Shown: piece after piece, positions 9,367 to 19,371 of the stretch
Numbering within the stretch: the stretch's first letter is position 1
How the letters are laid out: every line of letters begins with the position of its first letter
Source: a virus
Taxonomy: Duplodnaviria; Caudoviricetes
Strand: one strand, 5' to 3'
DNA length: 33,974 nucleotides
Virus record (IMG/VR): IMGVR_UViG_3300025103_000076
Location: 1-33,974 of that record
Translations under genes and position numbers: made by a program
Notes under the pieces: generated by a model
Seen by the model: the letters and a program-made list of their open reading frames with translations, nothing else
Database searches by the model: none
Told to the model about the DNA's origin: nothing

Positions 9367-10839
9367 TTACTTAAGTATTACGAAGTTATTCGCAGCTTGT
9401 GTAACAAGACATCTTTCAGATAGATAGTTAATCTCCATCTTGTCAATATTGGATGTTGTAGCACCTACAGATCCAGTAACCCAAGATTTTAATTTTCTAT
9501 CGTCAGCTTGTCCAGCTCTATATCTAACGTGTAGGAATGGTCTCCTTACATTAGATCCTACTGTCTGATCGTATACTGAAGAAGTACCTGCAGGTATAAT
9601 AACACCTTTGATACCACCAACGTGCCCTCTTGCAGAAGGATCGTTTAAGTATTTCCAATCAGTTTTGTAGAAGTCATAAGAACCTCTTCTAAATCCAGAG
9701 AATCCTAGATTTAACGCCATGTCCTTGCTGTTTTCAAATACTCCCCAAGAAGTACCACCATCAAAGTTAGAATTAACTTGACTTAACATGTCATCAAATA
9801 CTAGATTTGAAGCTCTGTTTAAGTAAAGCATATTCTCTTCAATAGCACCTTGCTTATCTAATTCAGCTAATAGCAAGTCAAAATCAGCTAATGCGTCAGA
9901 TGCTTGATCTACTAAATTAGTAGCTATAATACCTCTTGCTTCGATTGCAGCAAATAAACCTTCAGAACCTTCAGGAGCACTCATGCCACCTGTAGTTGAA
10001 TCAAAAGCAGTACCAGAACTAACACCAAACGCGCCAGTTGCAGCTCTTTCTTCAGCTTCAACCATAGACATCTCTAAATAATCATTGAATCTTGTTCTAG
10101 TGTCACCAGACGATTTTAGATACCATAAGTATCCACCTTGTCCACCTTCTCCAGAAACTTCAACCCAGCCAATTTGCGCTGTGTCAGATCCATTGATTTC
10201 AAAGTGATCTTTTAAGATCATTGGTCTATTTGTAAAAGTTTTGAAATTTGGTTCAACAGAATCTTGCATAGTATCTTGTCCTTTAGCAAATTCAGAACCA
10301 TATACGAAGAACTTAATAACTTGGTTATTAGCTGTAGTAATACCAGAGATATTATCTACGTGATCTACAGTATAAGGTCTAATTGTTAAAGCAGAAGTAC
10401 TTGCTGACTCTGATCCATTACCACCGTCAATACCTGCAGTTACGATAGCTTTGAAAACTACATCGTTTACTACAGCTACTACAGTAGCACCTTTTCTAAC
10501 AGCATGAGCTTCACTAGCTCCACTGTCAATGTTAGTGATTTCATCAATCACACCCGTTACAGGATTAATTTCACCTGTGTATGCTAAATGTAATCTACCT
10601 TGCTCAGACCAAACTACTTGATCAGATTGTAAAGGTAATTCTGCACTTAGCATAGATAAAAAGCCAGATAAAGTTCTATTACCATATCTGTCTACTTCCT
10701 TTTCATATAATTCAGGAAGATATTGTTGAGCCCAACCATTGTTTTGGATGTCTAGATAGTTAGCTGCAAGCGTCATTTGTTGATACGCTGGAGTAACTAT
10801 AGCACCACTAGCAGGACCCGATAAACTTACCGTTGCCAT
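9367..10839 (-). CDS. Major capsid protein
   Basis: WAQQYLPELYEKEVDRYGNRT, SDQVVWSEQGRLH, FFVYGSEFAKG, LNLGFSGFRRGSYDFYKTDWKYLND and YLSERCL; follows portal and scaffold and precedes a strong terminator. Confidence 0.85.
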   Translation of the reverse strand: MATVSLSGPASGAIVTPAYQQMTLAANYLDIQNNGWAQQYLPELYEKEVDRYGNRTLSGFLSMLSAELPLQSDQVVWSEQGRLHLAYTGEINPVTGVIDEITNIDSGASEAHAVRKGATVVAVVNDVVFKAIVTAGIDGGNGSESASTSALTIRPYTVDHVDNISGITTANNQVIKFFVYGSEFAKGQDTMQDSVEPNFKTFTNRPMILKDHFEINGSDTAQIGWVEVSGEGGQGGYLWYLKSSGDTRTRFNDYLEMSMVEAEERAATGAFGVSSGTAFDSTTGGMSAPEGSEGLFAAIEARGIIATNLVDQASDALADFDLLLAELDKQGAIEENMLYLNRASNLVFDDMLSQVNSNFDGGTSWGVFENSKDMALNLGFSGFRRGSYDFYKTDWKYLNDPSARGHVGGIKGVIIPAGTSSVYDQTVGSNVRRPFLHVRYRAGQADDRKLKSWVTGSVGATTSNIDKMEINYLSERCLVTQAANNFVILK

Positions 10840-10870
10840 AATTTTTAATTTTTAATTGTTAAACTTGTTT

Positions 10871-12028
10871 TTAATAATTTTTAAGTCGAAATTTAGAGCT
10901 AGAACTAGTATCGCCGCTTATAACTCTCACTTTTTGACCTCCGGCAGTAACTTGGCCATCCGCAGATTTTCTTCCGTCTAAGTTTATATTCTTAGCTTCA
11001 GAAGTCATCTGTGTAATAGCATCGGCTTTGCCTTGTTCGTAAAAGTGATTAGCTAAAGCATCAGCGTTTCTCGCAGCAAACAAAGATTTATGGTAACCCT
11101 TAGCGTCTTGTAGTAAATTATCTTTACTAACATATTGACTGAAAACATTCATCACATCCGATTGGGATTTCTTTATTTCCTGCACATCTTTAACGTTATA
11201 ACGATATTTTTTGTCTCCAACTTGAAAATCAAAACCTTTGAATTTTTCATTAAAAACTTTGTCAGTTTCTTTGTTAAAATGTTTCTGTTGTTTCGCGTTT
11301 AAATCACTAGCTTGTCCTTGCTCATCGTTGTAGCGGTTGAAAAATTCTATAGCCTTTTGTTGATCTTTAGATAACTTCGAACCTAACTTAAGTTCTTGGT
11401 AATATTTACTCTTCAGAGTTTCCAAATGGTTTTTAGCTTGAACAACTGCCTCTTTATAAGCAAGTTTCTTTCTTTTTACATCCCTTGGTTCATCTGATTC
11501 TTCATCAAAAGCAAAATTATCTTCAATCATGAAGTTAACTTCGTCTGAAGAAAGATGAGGTTTTGTTGACTTGTAGTACTCTCGCAAGAGTGCTTCGTCA
11601 TCAACATTTGAGTAATCCGCATTGAGGCGGGCGTAATCCTCAATCGTTCCACCAGTCTCATTCATAAACTCCACGAGTTTCTCAATGTTTTCTGGTAGTT
11701 CCACTTCTGGAGCTTTATCTTCTATTTCTTCTTCAACTGTTTCTTCTGCTTCTTCAACAGATTCTTCAGTTTGTTCTTCCTCTGTGACTTCTTGTAAAGT
11801 AGGAACTTCAGTTTCTTCAACTTTTTCTTCTACTTTTTCTTCTTTCACAGGTTTTTCCACTTTTTCTTTAGTGGTTTCTTTTTCTACAGGTGGTTTACTT
11901 AAATCCACCTTGTAAGAACCGTCTTCCTGGAAGCCGGTATCTTTTTGAGGTTCTTCAATTACTTTAGCTTCGACTTTCTCGTCAGCTACTTGTTCAACAA
12001 CCTCTTTTTGTTGTTTTTCATTTGCCAT
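10871..12028 (-). CDS. Putative capsid scaffolding/assembly protein
   Basis: Acidic, low-complexity N-terminus and helical core, directly upstream of the MCP. Confidence 0.6.
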   Translation of the reverse strand: MANEKQQKEVVEQVADEKVEAKVIEEPQKDTGFQEDGSYKVDLSKPPVEKETTKEKVEKPVKEEKVEEKVEETEVPTLQEVTEEEQTEESVEEAEETVEEEIEDKAPEVELPENIEKLVEFMNETGGTIEDYARLNADYSNVDDEALLREYYKSTKPHLSSDEVNFMIEDNFAFDEESDEPRDVKRKKLAYKEAVVQAKNHLETLKSKYYQELKLGSKLSKDQQKAIEFFNRYNDEQGQASDLNAKQQKHFNKETDKVFNEKFKGFDFQVGDKKYRYNVKDVQEIKKSQSDVMNVFSQYVSKDNLLQDAKGYHKSLFAARNADALANHFYEQGKADAITQMTSEAKNINLDGRKSADGQVTAGGQKVRVISGDTSSSSKFRLKNY

Positions 12029-12060
12029 AATATAATATTATAAAATTAATTAATAAAAAT

Positions 12061-12420
12061 TTACTTCTTAGCGTAATACGCTATAATTTGTCCAGCAGCA
12101 CCTACATCAATTGATGTATATTTACCATAAATTGTACATCCAGCTGGTAAATCAAAATTTGTTGCATTTATTTGTACACCACCAGATCCTTCTGCTGTTG
12201 TTTCAGCGTCTGCAGCTAAATCATTAGCAGCATCTTCTGTATTTGCCCATCTTGTAGCTGTATCAGCAACTAAACCACCAGAAGCAGCAAAATCAGTTGC
12301 TACTAAAGCTGTTATAGCTACAAATACACAATCAGTTGGAGGTACTATAGGATCACCACCAGCTATCTGAAATGTAGATCCAGATATATTACCTGGAAAA
12401 GTTTTCATTCTTTGTTCCAT
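12061..12420 (-). CDS. Small beta-rich putative virion protein
   Basis: 119-aa ORF between portal and scaffold, ending LPAGCTIYGKYTSIDV..IIAY. Confidence 0.5.
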   Translation of the reverse strand: MEQRMKTFPGNISGSTFQIAGGDPIVPPTDCVFVAITALVATDFAASGGLVADTATRWANTEDAANDLAADAETTAEGSGGVQINATNFDLPAGCTIYGKYTSIDVGAAGQIIAYYAKK

Positions 12421-12446
12421 TGTTTTTTTGTTTTTTAAATGTTAAA

Positions 12447-14870
12447 TTACCTTGGCTCAAATTGTTCCAAGTCGAAACCGCCTAAACTGTCAAACCCAGC
12501 GGATTCAAACTTTTTAGATCCAGTATCCTTTTTTCTTTGTTCTATAAGTTCACTTTGTTGAGAAGCTTGTATTTTAGTTCTCTCATCTTTCCTATCTTCT
12601 TTATACTTCTCCTTATCTTTAATTACACTACTTTCTTGAGATTTAAGTTGCATATTTAATTCAAATTCTTTTTGCATTAAATCAAATTTAATTTGAGCTT
12701 CTTTTTCCATTTTCTTAATATCAAATTCAAGTTGTGCTTGATTAACACTAATCTTACTCTCTGTTAAAGCTTGTTCTTTTTCCATTTCAGCTTGAGCTGA
12801 TGCTTGAGCCGCTTGAGCATTAGATTCAGATTGAGCTTGTATATTTTGTTGTTGAATAGCTTGATCTTGTTCAAATTTCTTTCTTTTTCTAACCTTTAAT
12901 AACTGATTAGCTAATTTTAAATTCTTTATTTCTCTAACATCAATAGCATCTTCTAAGTTTATAGCTTGTTGCTGTAATGCCATTTGAATATTATTCTCTA
13001 ATTGTTGTTTTTGTTCTTCATCAGGAGCTAATTCTAAAAATATACCAAAATCATGAATATGTAATTTTTTAACTTCACTTAATGTTCCAACGTTGAATCT
13101 ACCTAAAGAAAGTACAAATTGATTTCTAGTATTAGAATATTCTAAAACATCAGATATTCTTAAAGATACCGCTTCAGCTGTTTTTAAAGCTAAGAAAACA
13201 CCAGCTTGTAAAATATGTCTAGTAGCTGTATTTGAGTTAGCAGCCGCAAGTTTTTGTAATCCAACCAATGATTGTTTGTCTGGCATACTACCATCTCTTG
13301 CTTCGTTAAGTCCAGTAACATCACGCATCATTTGTAAATAATAATTGTATGACTGTATTAAACTTTGTATCTTACCTTGACCTCCACTTGATTGTAATTC
13401 TTGAATCGGCATTCTAGCATTATTAAAATCACCATCCTGTGTCATTGATCTACCAATTACAGAACCAGTTTGGAAGTACATATTTAAAGCTTCTTGTGGA
13501 TTATAATTAGTTCCGTTACCTAAATCTATTTCAGCAAGTCCATCAGCGTCTAAATATACACCATCTGGAACTACTCTTGACATAACTTGTTGTAACTTTA
13601 AATGTGTTAACTGAATCATGTCAGCAAACGTTATCATTCTACCAACTAAAGATTCTGGTTTACCTTTATACATTCTTGGAGCAGTTATACAGTAACTCAT
13701 AGCTACTTTAGTTATATCTGCTTTAGGTCTAGTCATGTTTTCACATTTTTTCCATTCAAACAAATAATCATGACCAACTATTTTAACACCAGAATATAAA
13801 ACCTCTATAGATCTTTTTACTCTTTGAAATCTAGCTCTTTCGTCTTTAGGTGGATTAAATGTGTTATCTTTCTTTAAAGCTTTATCTCCACCGCTAGAAC
13901 CTTTCTTTAATTTATAAACTTGATCGTTGAAAGTTTTGTATTCAAAACGTAAAACATTAACATATCCTTTGTCATTTTCATGCGCAGATTTTTTATAATA
14001 ATTATATTTATCTGTATCAGGACCTTGATATTTCGTTTCTATGTCTTCAATATCTTCTATTGTTAATTCAGGAAATTGCTTTTTAAGATCTTTTATTTTT
14101 ACCCTTTCAACTTCACCAATATACCATAAATCATCAAAGTAAGGTGATTCACTATATGAAAAAACTAAATTAACAGGGTCTACATAATTTACCGTTATTC
14201 CTTCAGCGGTATTAAAACCATTTTTAACACAAGCTATTCCTAAAACAGTTAAATCATAATCTAAACGTTTCTTTAATAAATCATATTTATTAAGATTCAT
14301 TACGTTAGCTATAGCTTCTTCTTCTGCTATTTCAATAGATTGCTTATATTGTAATTGCATGTGAACAGATAATTCTTCATCATCTGTTGGTAAATTCATT
14401 GGATCGTTGTTGAAAGTATTAATACCAGTTTGTTCTTTAACATTTTCTTTAAAAGATCTAAACTGCATATCTTCTAATACACCTTCTATATAATCTGTTC
14501 TTCTTTTTGCAGACGCTGGATCAATAGAGAAAGCTTTTATATCATATAATCTTTCATTAATACCATTTACTACTATATCTACAAATTTAGGTATAATAGG
14601 TACTGGTTTCCAATCTAAATTAAGATAAGATAAATCACCGTTAATAGATAATTCATCTTTATATTTCTGTATTGATTGTTCTCCACGAGCGTATAATCTT
14701 AAATCATGATAACGAAGCTGCGTATCAAGATATCTCTCACTACCGCTATCAGTACCAAACCATTCAGCTTCTATGGCTCTTGCAACCTGCAATCCATATT
14801 TTTCATCAGATTTCTCAATATCAGGCACTGCCTGACTAGGAAATCCAGATTTTACTTGTGTTTTAATCAT
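12447..14870 (-). CDS. Portal protein
   Basis: LRLYARGEQSIQKYKDEL, LDWKPVPIIPKFVDIVVNG, RDVTGLNEARDG and a C-terminal coiled coil; immediately after TerL. Confidence 0.85.
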   Translation of the reverse strand: MIKTQVKSGFPSQAVPDIEKSDEKYGLQVARAIEAEWFGTDSGSERYLDTQLRYHDLRLYARGEQSIQKYKDELSINGDLSYLNLDWKPVPIIPKFVDIVVNGINERLYDIKAFSIDPASAKRRTDYIEGVLEDMQFRSFKENVKEQTGINTFNNDPMNLPTDDEELSVHMQLQYKQSIEIAEEEAIANVMNLNKYDLLKKRLDYDLTVLGIACVKNGFNTAEGITVNYVDPVNLVFSYSESPYFDDLWYIGEVERVKIKDLKKQFPELTIEDIEDIETKYQGPDTDKYNYYKKSAHENDKGYVNVLRFEYKTFNDQVYKLKKGSSGGDKALKKDNTFNPPKDERARFQRVKRSIEVLYSGVKIVGHDYLFEWKKCENMTRPKADITKVAMSYCITAPRMYKGKPESLVGRMITFADMIQLTHLKLQQVMSRVVPDGVYLDADGLAEIDLGNGTNYNPQEALNMYFQTGSVIGRSMTQDGDFNNARMPIQELQSSGGQGKIQSLIQSYNYYLQMMRDVTGLNEARDGSMPDKQSLVGLQKLAAANSNTATRHILQAGVFLALKTAEAVSLRISDVLEYSNTRNQFVLSLGRFNVGTLSEVKKLHIHDFGIFLELAPDEEQKQQLENNIQMALQQQAINLEDAIDVREIKNLKLANQLLKVRKRKKFEQDQAIQQQNIQAQSESNAQAAQASAQAEMEKEQALTESKISVNQAQLEFDIKKMEKEAQIKFDLMQKEFELNMQLKSQESSVIKDKEKYKEDRKDERTKIQASQQSELIEQRKKDTGSKKFESAGFDSLGGFDLEQFEPR

Positions 14871-17073
14871 TGTTTATTGCTTTTGATAACATACCTTTAT
14901 TGTTGTATTTTTTAAAACCAAAACTAACATTTGCTGTTGTTCTTTCTGGTCTTGGTCTATATAAATCTTTATTACATGCCATAATTGCTAATCCTGAACT
15001 AATAGTAGCATCAAACTTTGTTCTATTATTAATATCAAACCTAGCCCAGTCATTTAATGTTTTATTAAAACTTATATTACCGTAGTTTCCTTCTTCACCT
15101 GCACCGACATATTGTTGTATATAACTCTCTATAGCAGAAGCGTGAGCTTGTTTAATATCTTCACTTGAGTTTGGTATTCCACCAACTTCTCTTTCTGCAA
15201 CAGATAATTTGTTCCAAATTTTATCTGGTCTATTCATTGAAAATCCTCTATAACCTCTACGTTTTAAATAATATAAAAGTCTAGGTTTGTTATTTTCACA
15301 TAATATTGGCATTCCATAAAATACTAATGCCATTAAAACATCTTCAAAAAATATCTCAGCTGTTGCTGGTCTAGCTATATACTCTAAAAAGAAACTATTA
15401 GGTGGAGCATCTTCCATGGAAAACTTTGTTAATCCATGTAAAGCTCCATTAGATCCTTTACCATCTGTTGTTCCTGAAATATCATAAGAGTCACAACCAA
15501 AAGCTCCCATGTGTTCATTACCAGGATATTTTTTACCATTTTTAATGATAATATTGTTTTGTAACTTAAATGATGGTACCCAAGATAAATTAAAATTACC
15601 ATTTGAATCTGGAAAAAACTTTACTCTTGAATCTTTAATACCATTTTCCCAAACAAAACTTCCAATAATTGGATTTGGATTAATATCATTATAATCTATT
15701 TGTTCGTATATTTTAACTAAATTAAATATACTTCCTTTTGTTTCGTCTCTAAAAGCGTGTTCTTCAGTTCTAGGAAATTGACGATAAAATTCATTTAAAG
15801 CATCTTGATCGTTTTTTAATCCATCTGCTTCATTTTCCCAATGTTTAATAATTCCTGTGTCGATATATTCTCCATAAGGCCCTTCAACCTCTGTTTCTGG
15901 CGTATCGAATACAGGGTGTCCATAAGAATCAATGAATCCCTCGTAGTTCCATTCCATAGGTATGAACAAACTATATAATCCCGAGCTAGTCTGTCCGTTG
16001 CGGTTTCTTTGTGTAACATCTGAATTATTATATAGTTTCTTAAAATTATCACCACCTTTATCTAAAGCATTAGAAGTAGATCCCATCATACATTTTCCTA
16101 TAATTCTACTACCAAGTCTTAATGTGGTTTTTGTTACTCTCCAGTTATTTAATATATTATCTGGTCTTTCCCATTTACCACTTTCATCATGTGCTAATAA
16201 TTTTAGCTTTTCACCATCATAACTGTTATCTCCTGTGTTCTTCCAATCAATAGTTGTATCTAACCCTTGTAATTCTTCTAGTTTTTCATTACTAGTTATT
16301 TTTCTTCTAGTCAATTTACTAGCTGGTACTCTATATGCTAGTTCTGTTTTAGGTCGATCCATACCGTCTTGAATCGGTTTAAAGAAAAATGGATAATTAA
16401 CTGAAATTGGTACAACCTTATCAGTAAACATCTTTTTAGCATCAGCACCTGTTTTAGATAAAATACCATATCTTGAATCACTTGAGATAGTAGCTAAATT
16501 AACTATTTCCCCTGAAGCCATGAAAGAAAAACCAGAACGTCTATTCTTTAAATAACACATTCCATAACATCTAGTATCTGCTTTACATGCTTCCCAAAAG
16601 ATATAAAATATTCTATTTGCTTCTCTAAAATCTGGTTTACCTACATCAATTTTACTCCATTGTAAGTACATATAATGAGTACCTGTTATATATGTTGGTA
16701 CACCTTTGTTATAATACCAGAATCCTTCTTCTCTTCTTCTAAACTCTTCTTCTATATAATCTATATATTGATTTTTAAAATCATTAGGATATTCTTTCCA
16801 ATCAAATATAGTTTTAATTCTTTTTAATGCTTTAGGTTGCTCAGTTACCTGCCATTTGTCATTATCAAACTTTTTAATGTTCTTATATGTTGGTGGTAAT
16901 GCTACTTTGAGATTTTGTATCTCATATATATCACCTATTTGACCTGTTTTACTTATAACTATAATATCGTTTTCTTTATTATAACCATATTTCCACTTTT
17001 TAGACTTATTTAGTCTTTTTATAGTGTTTATTTTAACAGGTTGTATAACCTTATATAAAGTTTGTTTATACAT
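14863..17073 (-). CDS. terL: Terminase large subunit
   Basis: Walker A-like YLKNRRSGFS, Walker B LLAHDESGKW, GSTSN coupling motif, and nuclease-domain motifs GCDSYD and FDATISSGLA. Confidence 0.9.
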   Translation of the reverse strand: MYKQTLYKVIQPVKINTIKRLNKSKKWKYGYNKENDIIVISKTGQIGDIYEIQNLKVALPPTYKNIKKFDNDKWQVTEQPKALKRIKTIFDWKEYPNDFKNQYIDYIEEEFRRREEGFWYYNKGVPTYITGTHYMYLQWSKIDVGKPDFREANRIFYIFWEACKADTRCYGMCYLKNRRSGFSFMASGEIVNLATISSDSRYGILSKTGADAKKMFTDKVVPISVNYPFFFKPIQDGMDRPKTELAYRVPASKLTRRKITSNEKLEELQGLDTTIDWKNTGDNSYDGEKLKLLAHDESGKWERPDNILNNWRVTKTTLRLGSRIIGKCMMGSTSNALDKGGDNFKKLYNNSDVTQRNRNGQTSSGLYSLFIPMEWNYEGFIDSYGHPVFDTPETEVEGPYGEYIDTGIIKHWENEADGLKNDQDALNEFYRQFPRTEEHAFRDETKGSIFNLVKIYEQIDYNDINPNPIIGSFVWENGIKDSRVKFFPDSNGNFNLSWVPSFKLQNNIIIKNGKKYPGNEHMGAFGCDSYDISGTTDGKGSNGALHGLTKFSMEDAPPNSFFLEYIARPATAEIFFEDVLMALVFYGMPILCENNKPRLLYYLKRRGYRGFSMNRPDKIWNKLSVAEREVGGIPNSSEDIKQAHASAIESYIQQYVGAGEEGNYGNISFNKTLNDWARFDINNRTKFDATISSGLAIMACNKDLYRPRPERTTANVSFGFKKYNNKGMLSKAINND

Positions 17074-17360
17074 TACTTAGATCTTCGTTCTGCAAAACCA
17101 CTAAATGACTTCTCTTCTTCTTTTTTTAAAGGCTTGTTATTTAGTATAGCTTCTTCTTCTTGTATACGAGTTAATATTTCAAAAGCATCAAATATAGCTA
17201 ATTTCTTTGTTGCTGCAGCATTTTTTAATCTATCTGCTGTTATATCATCTCCACTATCAACAATAGGTTCTTTAGCAACTTTAACTAACTCCTCAACTGC
17301 TTTGTAACCAGCTTGGATTATATTCTTTTTCTTTTCCTTGATATTCATATTTAATTTCAA
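17073..17360 (-). CDS. Putative terminase small subunit (true start may be Met at 17348)
   Basis: Short helical protein (RLKNAAATKKLAIFDAFEIL) whose stop overlaps the TerL start; assignment is positional. Confidence 0.5.
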   Translation of the reverse strand: MKLNMNIKEKKKNIIQAGYKAVEELVKVAKEPIVDSGDDITADRLKNAAATKKLAIFDAFEILTRIQEEEAILNNKPLKKEEEKSFSGFAERRSK

Positions 17361-17880
17361 TAAATTTATTATTCACTCGATAAAGCCTATTATTATTTAT
17401 AATAAACTCATATTCTCCAGCTGGATTATATCCTACTAATTCTCCTTTTTTGAAACTACCATCAGAATACTTTATAATACCTATTTGCTTAGCTTCTAAA
17501 CCAACTTCATTTTGTATTGGTTTAATAAACGAATATCCTTTTAAAGCTTTCCACTTATTGTTACATGAGCACTTTTTGTATGCAAAGATTTGATCTAAAC
17601 TTACTTTATATAAATCTTCTGATATAAAATTACTAGAATTCTTTTCTTGACCTCTAGCATTGTGCCATCTTCTAAAAACGTTATGATGAACTATAATCTC
17701 ATAACCCTCTTTTATTTCAGTTTCAAACTCAGCTGGTAAACCTACAACTATAGCTTCTCTACTTATATACTTATGATCGAATATTTCAGAGTTTAAAATT
17801 AATTCTTTATCTCCTATCTTTTTAGTATTATTGTATCGCTTCGCTTTAGGTTTTATTAAAAAATAAAACGTGCTCTTCAT
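17293..17880 (-). CDS. GroES-like co-chaperonin (possibly tandem GroES folds)
   Basis: Two GroES-like segments: FLIKP..AIVVGLP..IKEGYEIIV and FIKPI..GIIKY..FKKGELVGY. Confidence 0.5.
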   Translation of the reverse strand: MKSTFYFLIKPKAKRYNNTKKIGDKELILNSEIFDHKYISREAIVVGLPAEFETEIKEGYEIIVHHNVFRRWHNARGQEKNSSNFISEDLYKVSLDQIFAYKKCSCNNKWKALKGYSFIKPIQNEVGLEAKQIGIIKYSDGSFKKGELVGYNPAGEYEFIINNNRLYRVNNKFIEIKYEYQGKEKEYNPSWLQSS

Positions 17881-18101
17881 TAATACTCTAGATTATATTC
17901 AACTGATATAGCCATGTTTTTGTTAAAATCTTTCCAAGGCATTACATCATCTTTTTTTGATATAAAAACACTATATTTATCGTCATTTTCTACGATATCG
18001 CATATTGTATGTCCACCATACACTTCTTGTCCTACGGAATAATGCATCGCTTCATTTTTATAGTCTCTACCGATACTAATTTTTCTTATTAACTTCGCCA
18101 T
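17880..18101 (-). CDS. Hypothetical phage protein
   Basis: 73-aa ORF; stop overlaps the next start. Confidence 0.6.
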   Translation of the reverse strand: MAKLIRKISIGRDYKNEAMHYSVGQEVYGGHTICDIVENDDKYSVFISKKDDVMPWKDFNKNMAISVEYNLEY

Positions 18102-18345
18102 CTTCTGCAGGTTTTATAGATCCATCGGTAATATCAATATTAACATTACCATATTTTTCTTTTAAATTATTTTGTTTTTCACTTAATTTATCTCTAAATT
18201 TAAGCGCAGCACCTATCATTTGTGCCTTTTGTACTTCTATACTACCTAAATCCATTTGAATGTTATTGATTGCTTTAACTGTTCCTTGTAACTCAATAAG
18301 TTCTTCTTGTGTTATTTTAGTAGGTTTTATTTTATTTTTTGCCAT
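18076..18345 (-). CDS. Hypothetical coiled-coil protein
   Basis: 89-aa helical ORF ending LKEKYGNVNIDITDGSI; AT-rich leader. Confidence 0.6.
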   Translation of the reverse strand: MAKNKIKPTKITQEELIELQGTVKAINNIQMDLGSIEVQKAQMIGAALKFRDKLSEKQNNLKEKYGNVNIDITDGSIKPAEDGEVNKKN

Positions 18346-18368
18346 TTTATTAAATTTTAATTCACTTT

Positions 18369-18379
18369 TATATTATCAC
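18369..18379 (-). promoter_or_regulatory. Putative promoter motif GTGATAATATA (copy 1)
   Basis: Intergenic 11-mer identical to 19341-19351, about 24 nt upstream of the ATG at 18345. Confidence 0.5.
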
Positions 18380-18405
18380 GCAATTGTCACGCTTTTTAAT
18401 GTTTT

Positions 18406-19314
18406 TTATTTTTTAACTGCTTTCTTTTTATTTACTACAATAAACCAGTTTTTATATTTATCTCTTTTTGTACATATATAATCGAGATATTTATCAACTT
18501 TTTCTCTCCAATCTTTATCTACTTTTGGATTTATAATACCAGATTTTGGACTAGAAAAACACTTATTTATAAATTCTTTTATCCTATGTTGATTATCAAA
18601 CAAATAATTATTTATACAAGCAAATGAACCTTGTTGTATACTATTCCAAGTATCTATTGGTGATATTGTTTTACCTAAAACCGCAGCATAAATAGCACTT
18701 TCACTAATATGAGTTGTGTAGACATGTTTTGCTTTTTGTAAATAATGATACATATCTACATCTCTAGGTAATATATTTTCTTCACCAAAAAAATCCTTTA
18801 ATTCACCAATAATTTGATGTGTTGTAATGGGATGTGGTTTAAAATATACGTTATTACCGTGAGATTTTGATATTTGTTTTAATCTATTCAAACAAACATT
18901 AGTTTTAACTTTATTTGAACCTGGTAATACTACTAAATAATCTTTTGGAGGATATTTCTCAAATGATTCTTTTCTACCTTGATATTTATTAGCATTTTTA
19001 GATAAAATATTTTCTACCAAATGATCTGTCCAATCATCTACGTCCTTAACATCATCATGCCAAGCATCTAACATCTGCTCATTTCTAAGCTTAGTGTTTA
19101 ATGGCTGCATGTAAAAATTAGTTGCGAACTCAGTATAAGCCATAGTTTTAAAGTAAGGCATTTCGTCAGCCATTACGTCGTAACTAGTTTCTAAACCTAG
19201 TTCACTACACTTTCTTATTAAATAACCTTCAACTGGTTCTAAGTCGTATAGTTTTTTATTCTTCTTGAGTGGTCCGATTCTACCGTCCAGCTCTTTTTTA
19301 TTAAACATTTGCAT
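18406..19314 (-). CDS. Putative glycosyltransferase, KpsS/KpsC capsule-biosynthesis-like
   Basis: YLVVLPG, VYFKPHP and YLQKAKHVYTTHISESAIYAAVLGKTI match the K-x-HP and V-x-T-x-x-S...A...GK pattern of the KpsS/KpsC-like C-terminal domain. Confidence 0.55.
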   Translation of the reverse strand: MQMFNKKELDGRIGPLKKNKKLYDLEPVEGYLIRKCSELGLETSYDVMADEMPYFKTMAYTEFATNFYMQPLNTKLRNEQMLDAWHDDVKDVDDWTDHLVENILSKNANKYQGRKESFEKYPPKDYLVVLPGSNKVKTNVCLNRLKQISKSHGNNVYFKPHPITTHQIIGELKDFFGEENILPRDVDMYHYLQKAKHVYTTHISESAIYAAVLGKTISPIDTWNSIQQGSFACINNYLFDNQHRIKEFINKCFSSPKSGIINPKVDKDWREKVDKYLDYICTKRDKYKNWFIVVNKKKAVKK

Positions 19315-19340
19315 ATTATTAAATTTAATTGTTATTACTA

Positions 19341-19351
19341 TATATTATCAC
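19341..19351 (-). promoter_or_regulatory. Putative promoter motif GTGATAATATA (copy 2)
   Basis: Intergenic, about 27 nt upstream of the ATG at 19314; identical to 18369-18379. Confidence 0.5.
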
Positions 19352-19371
19352 ACATTTTTTGTGTTTTCTAC

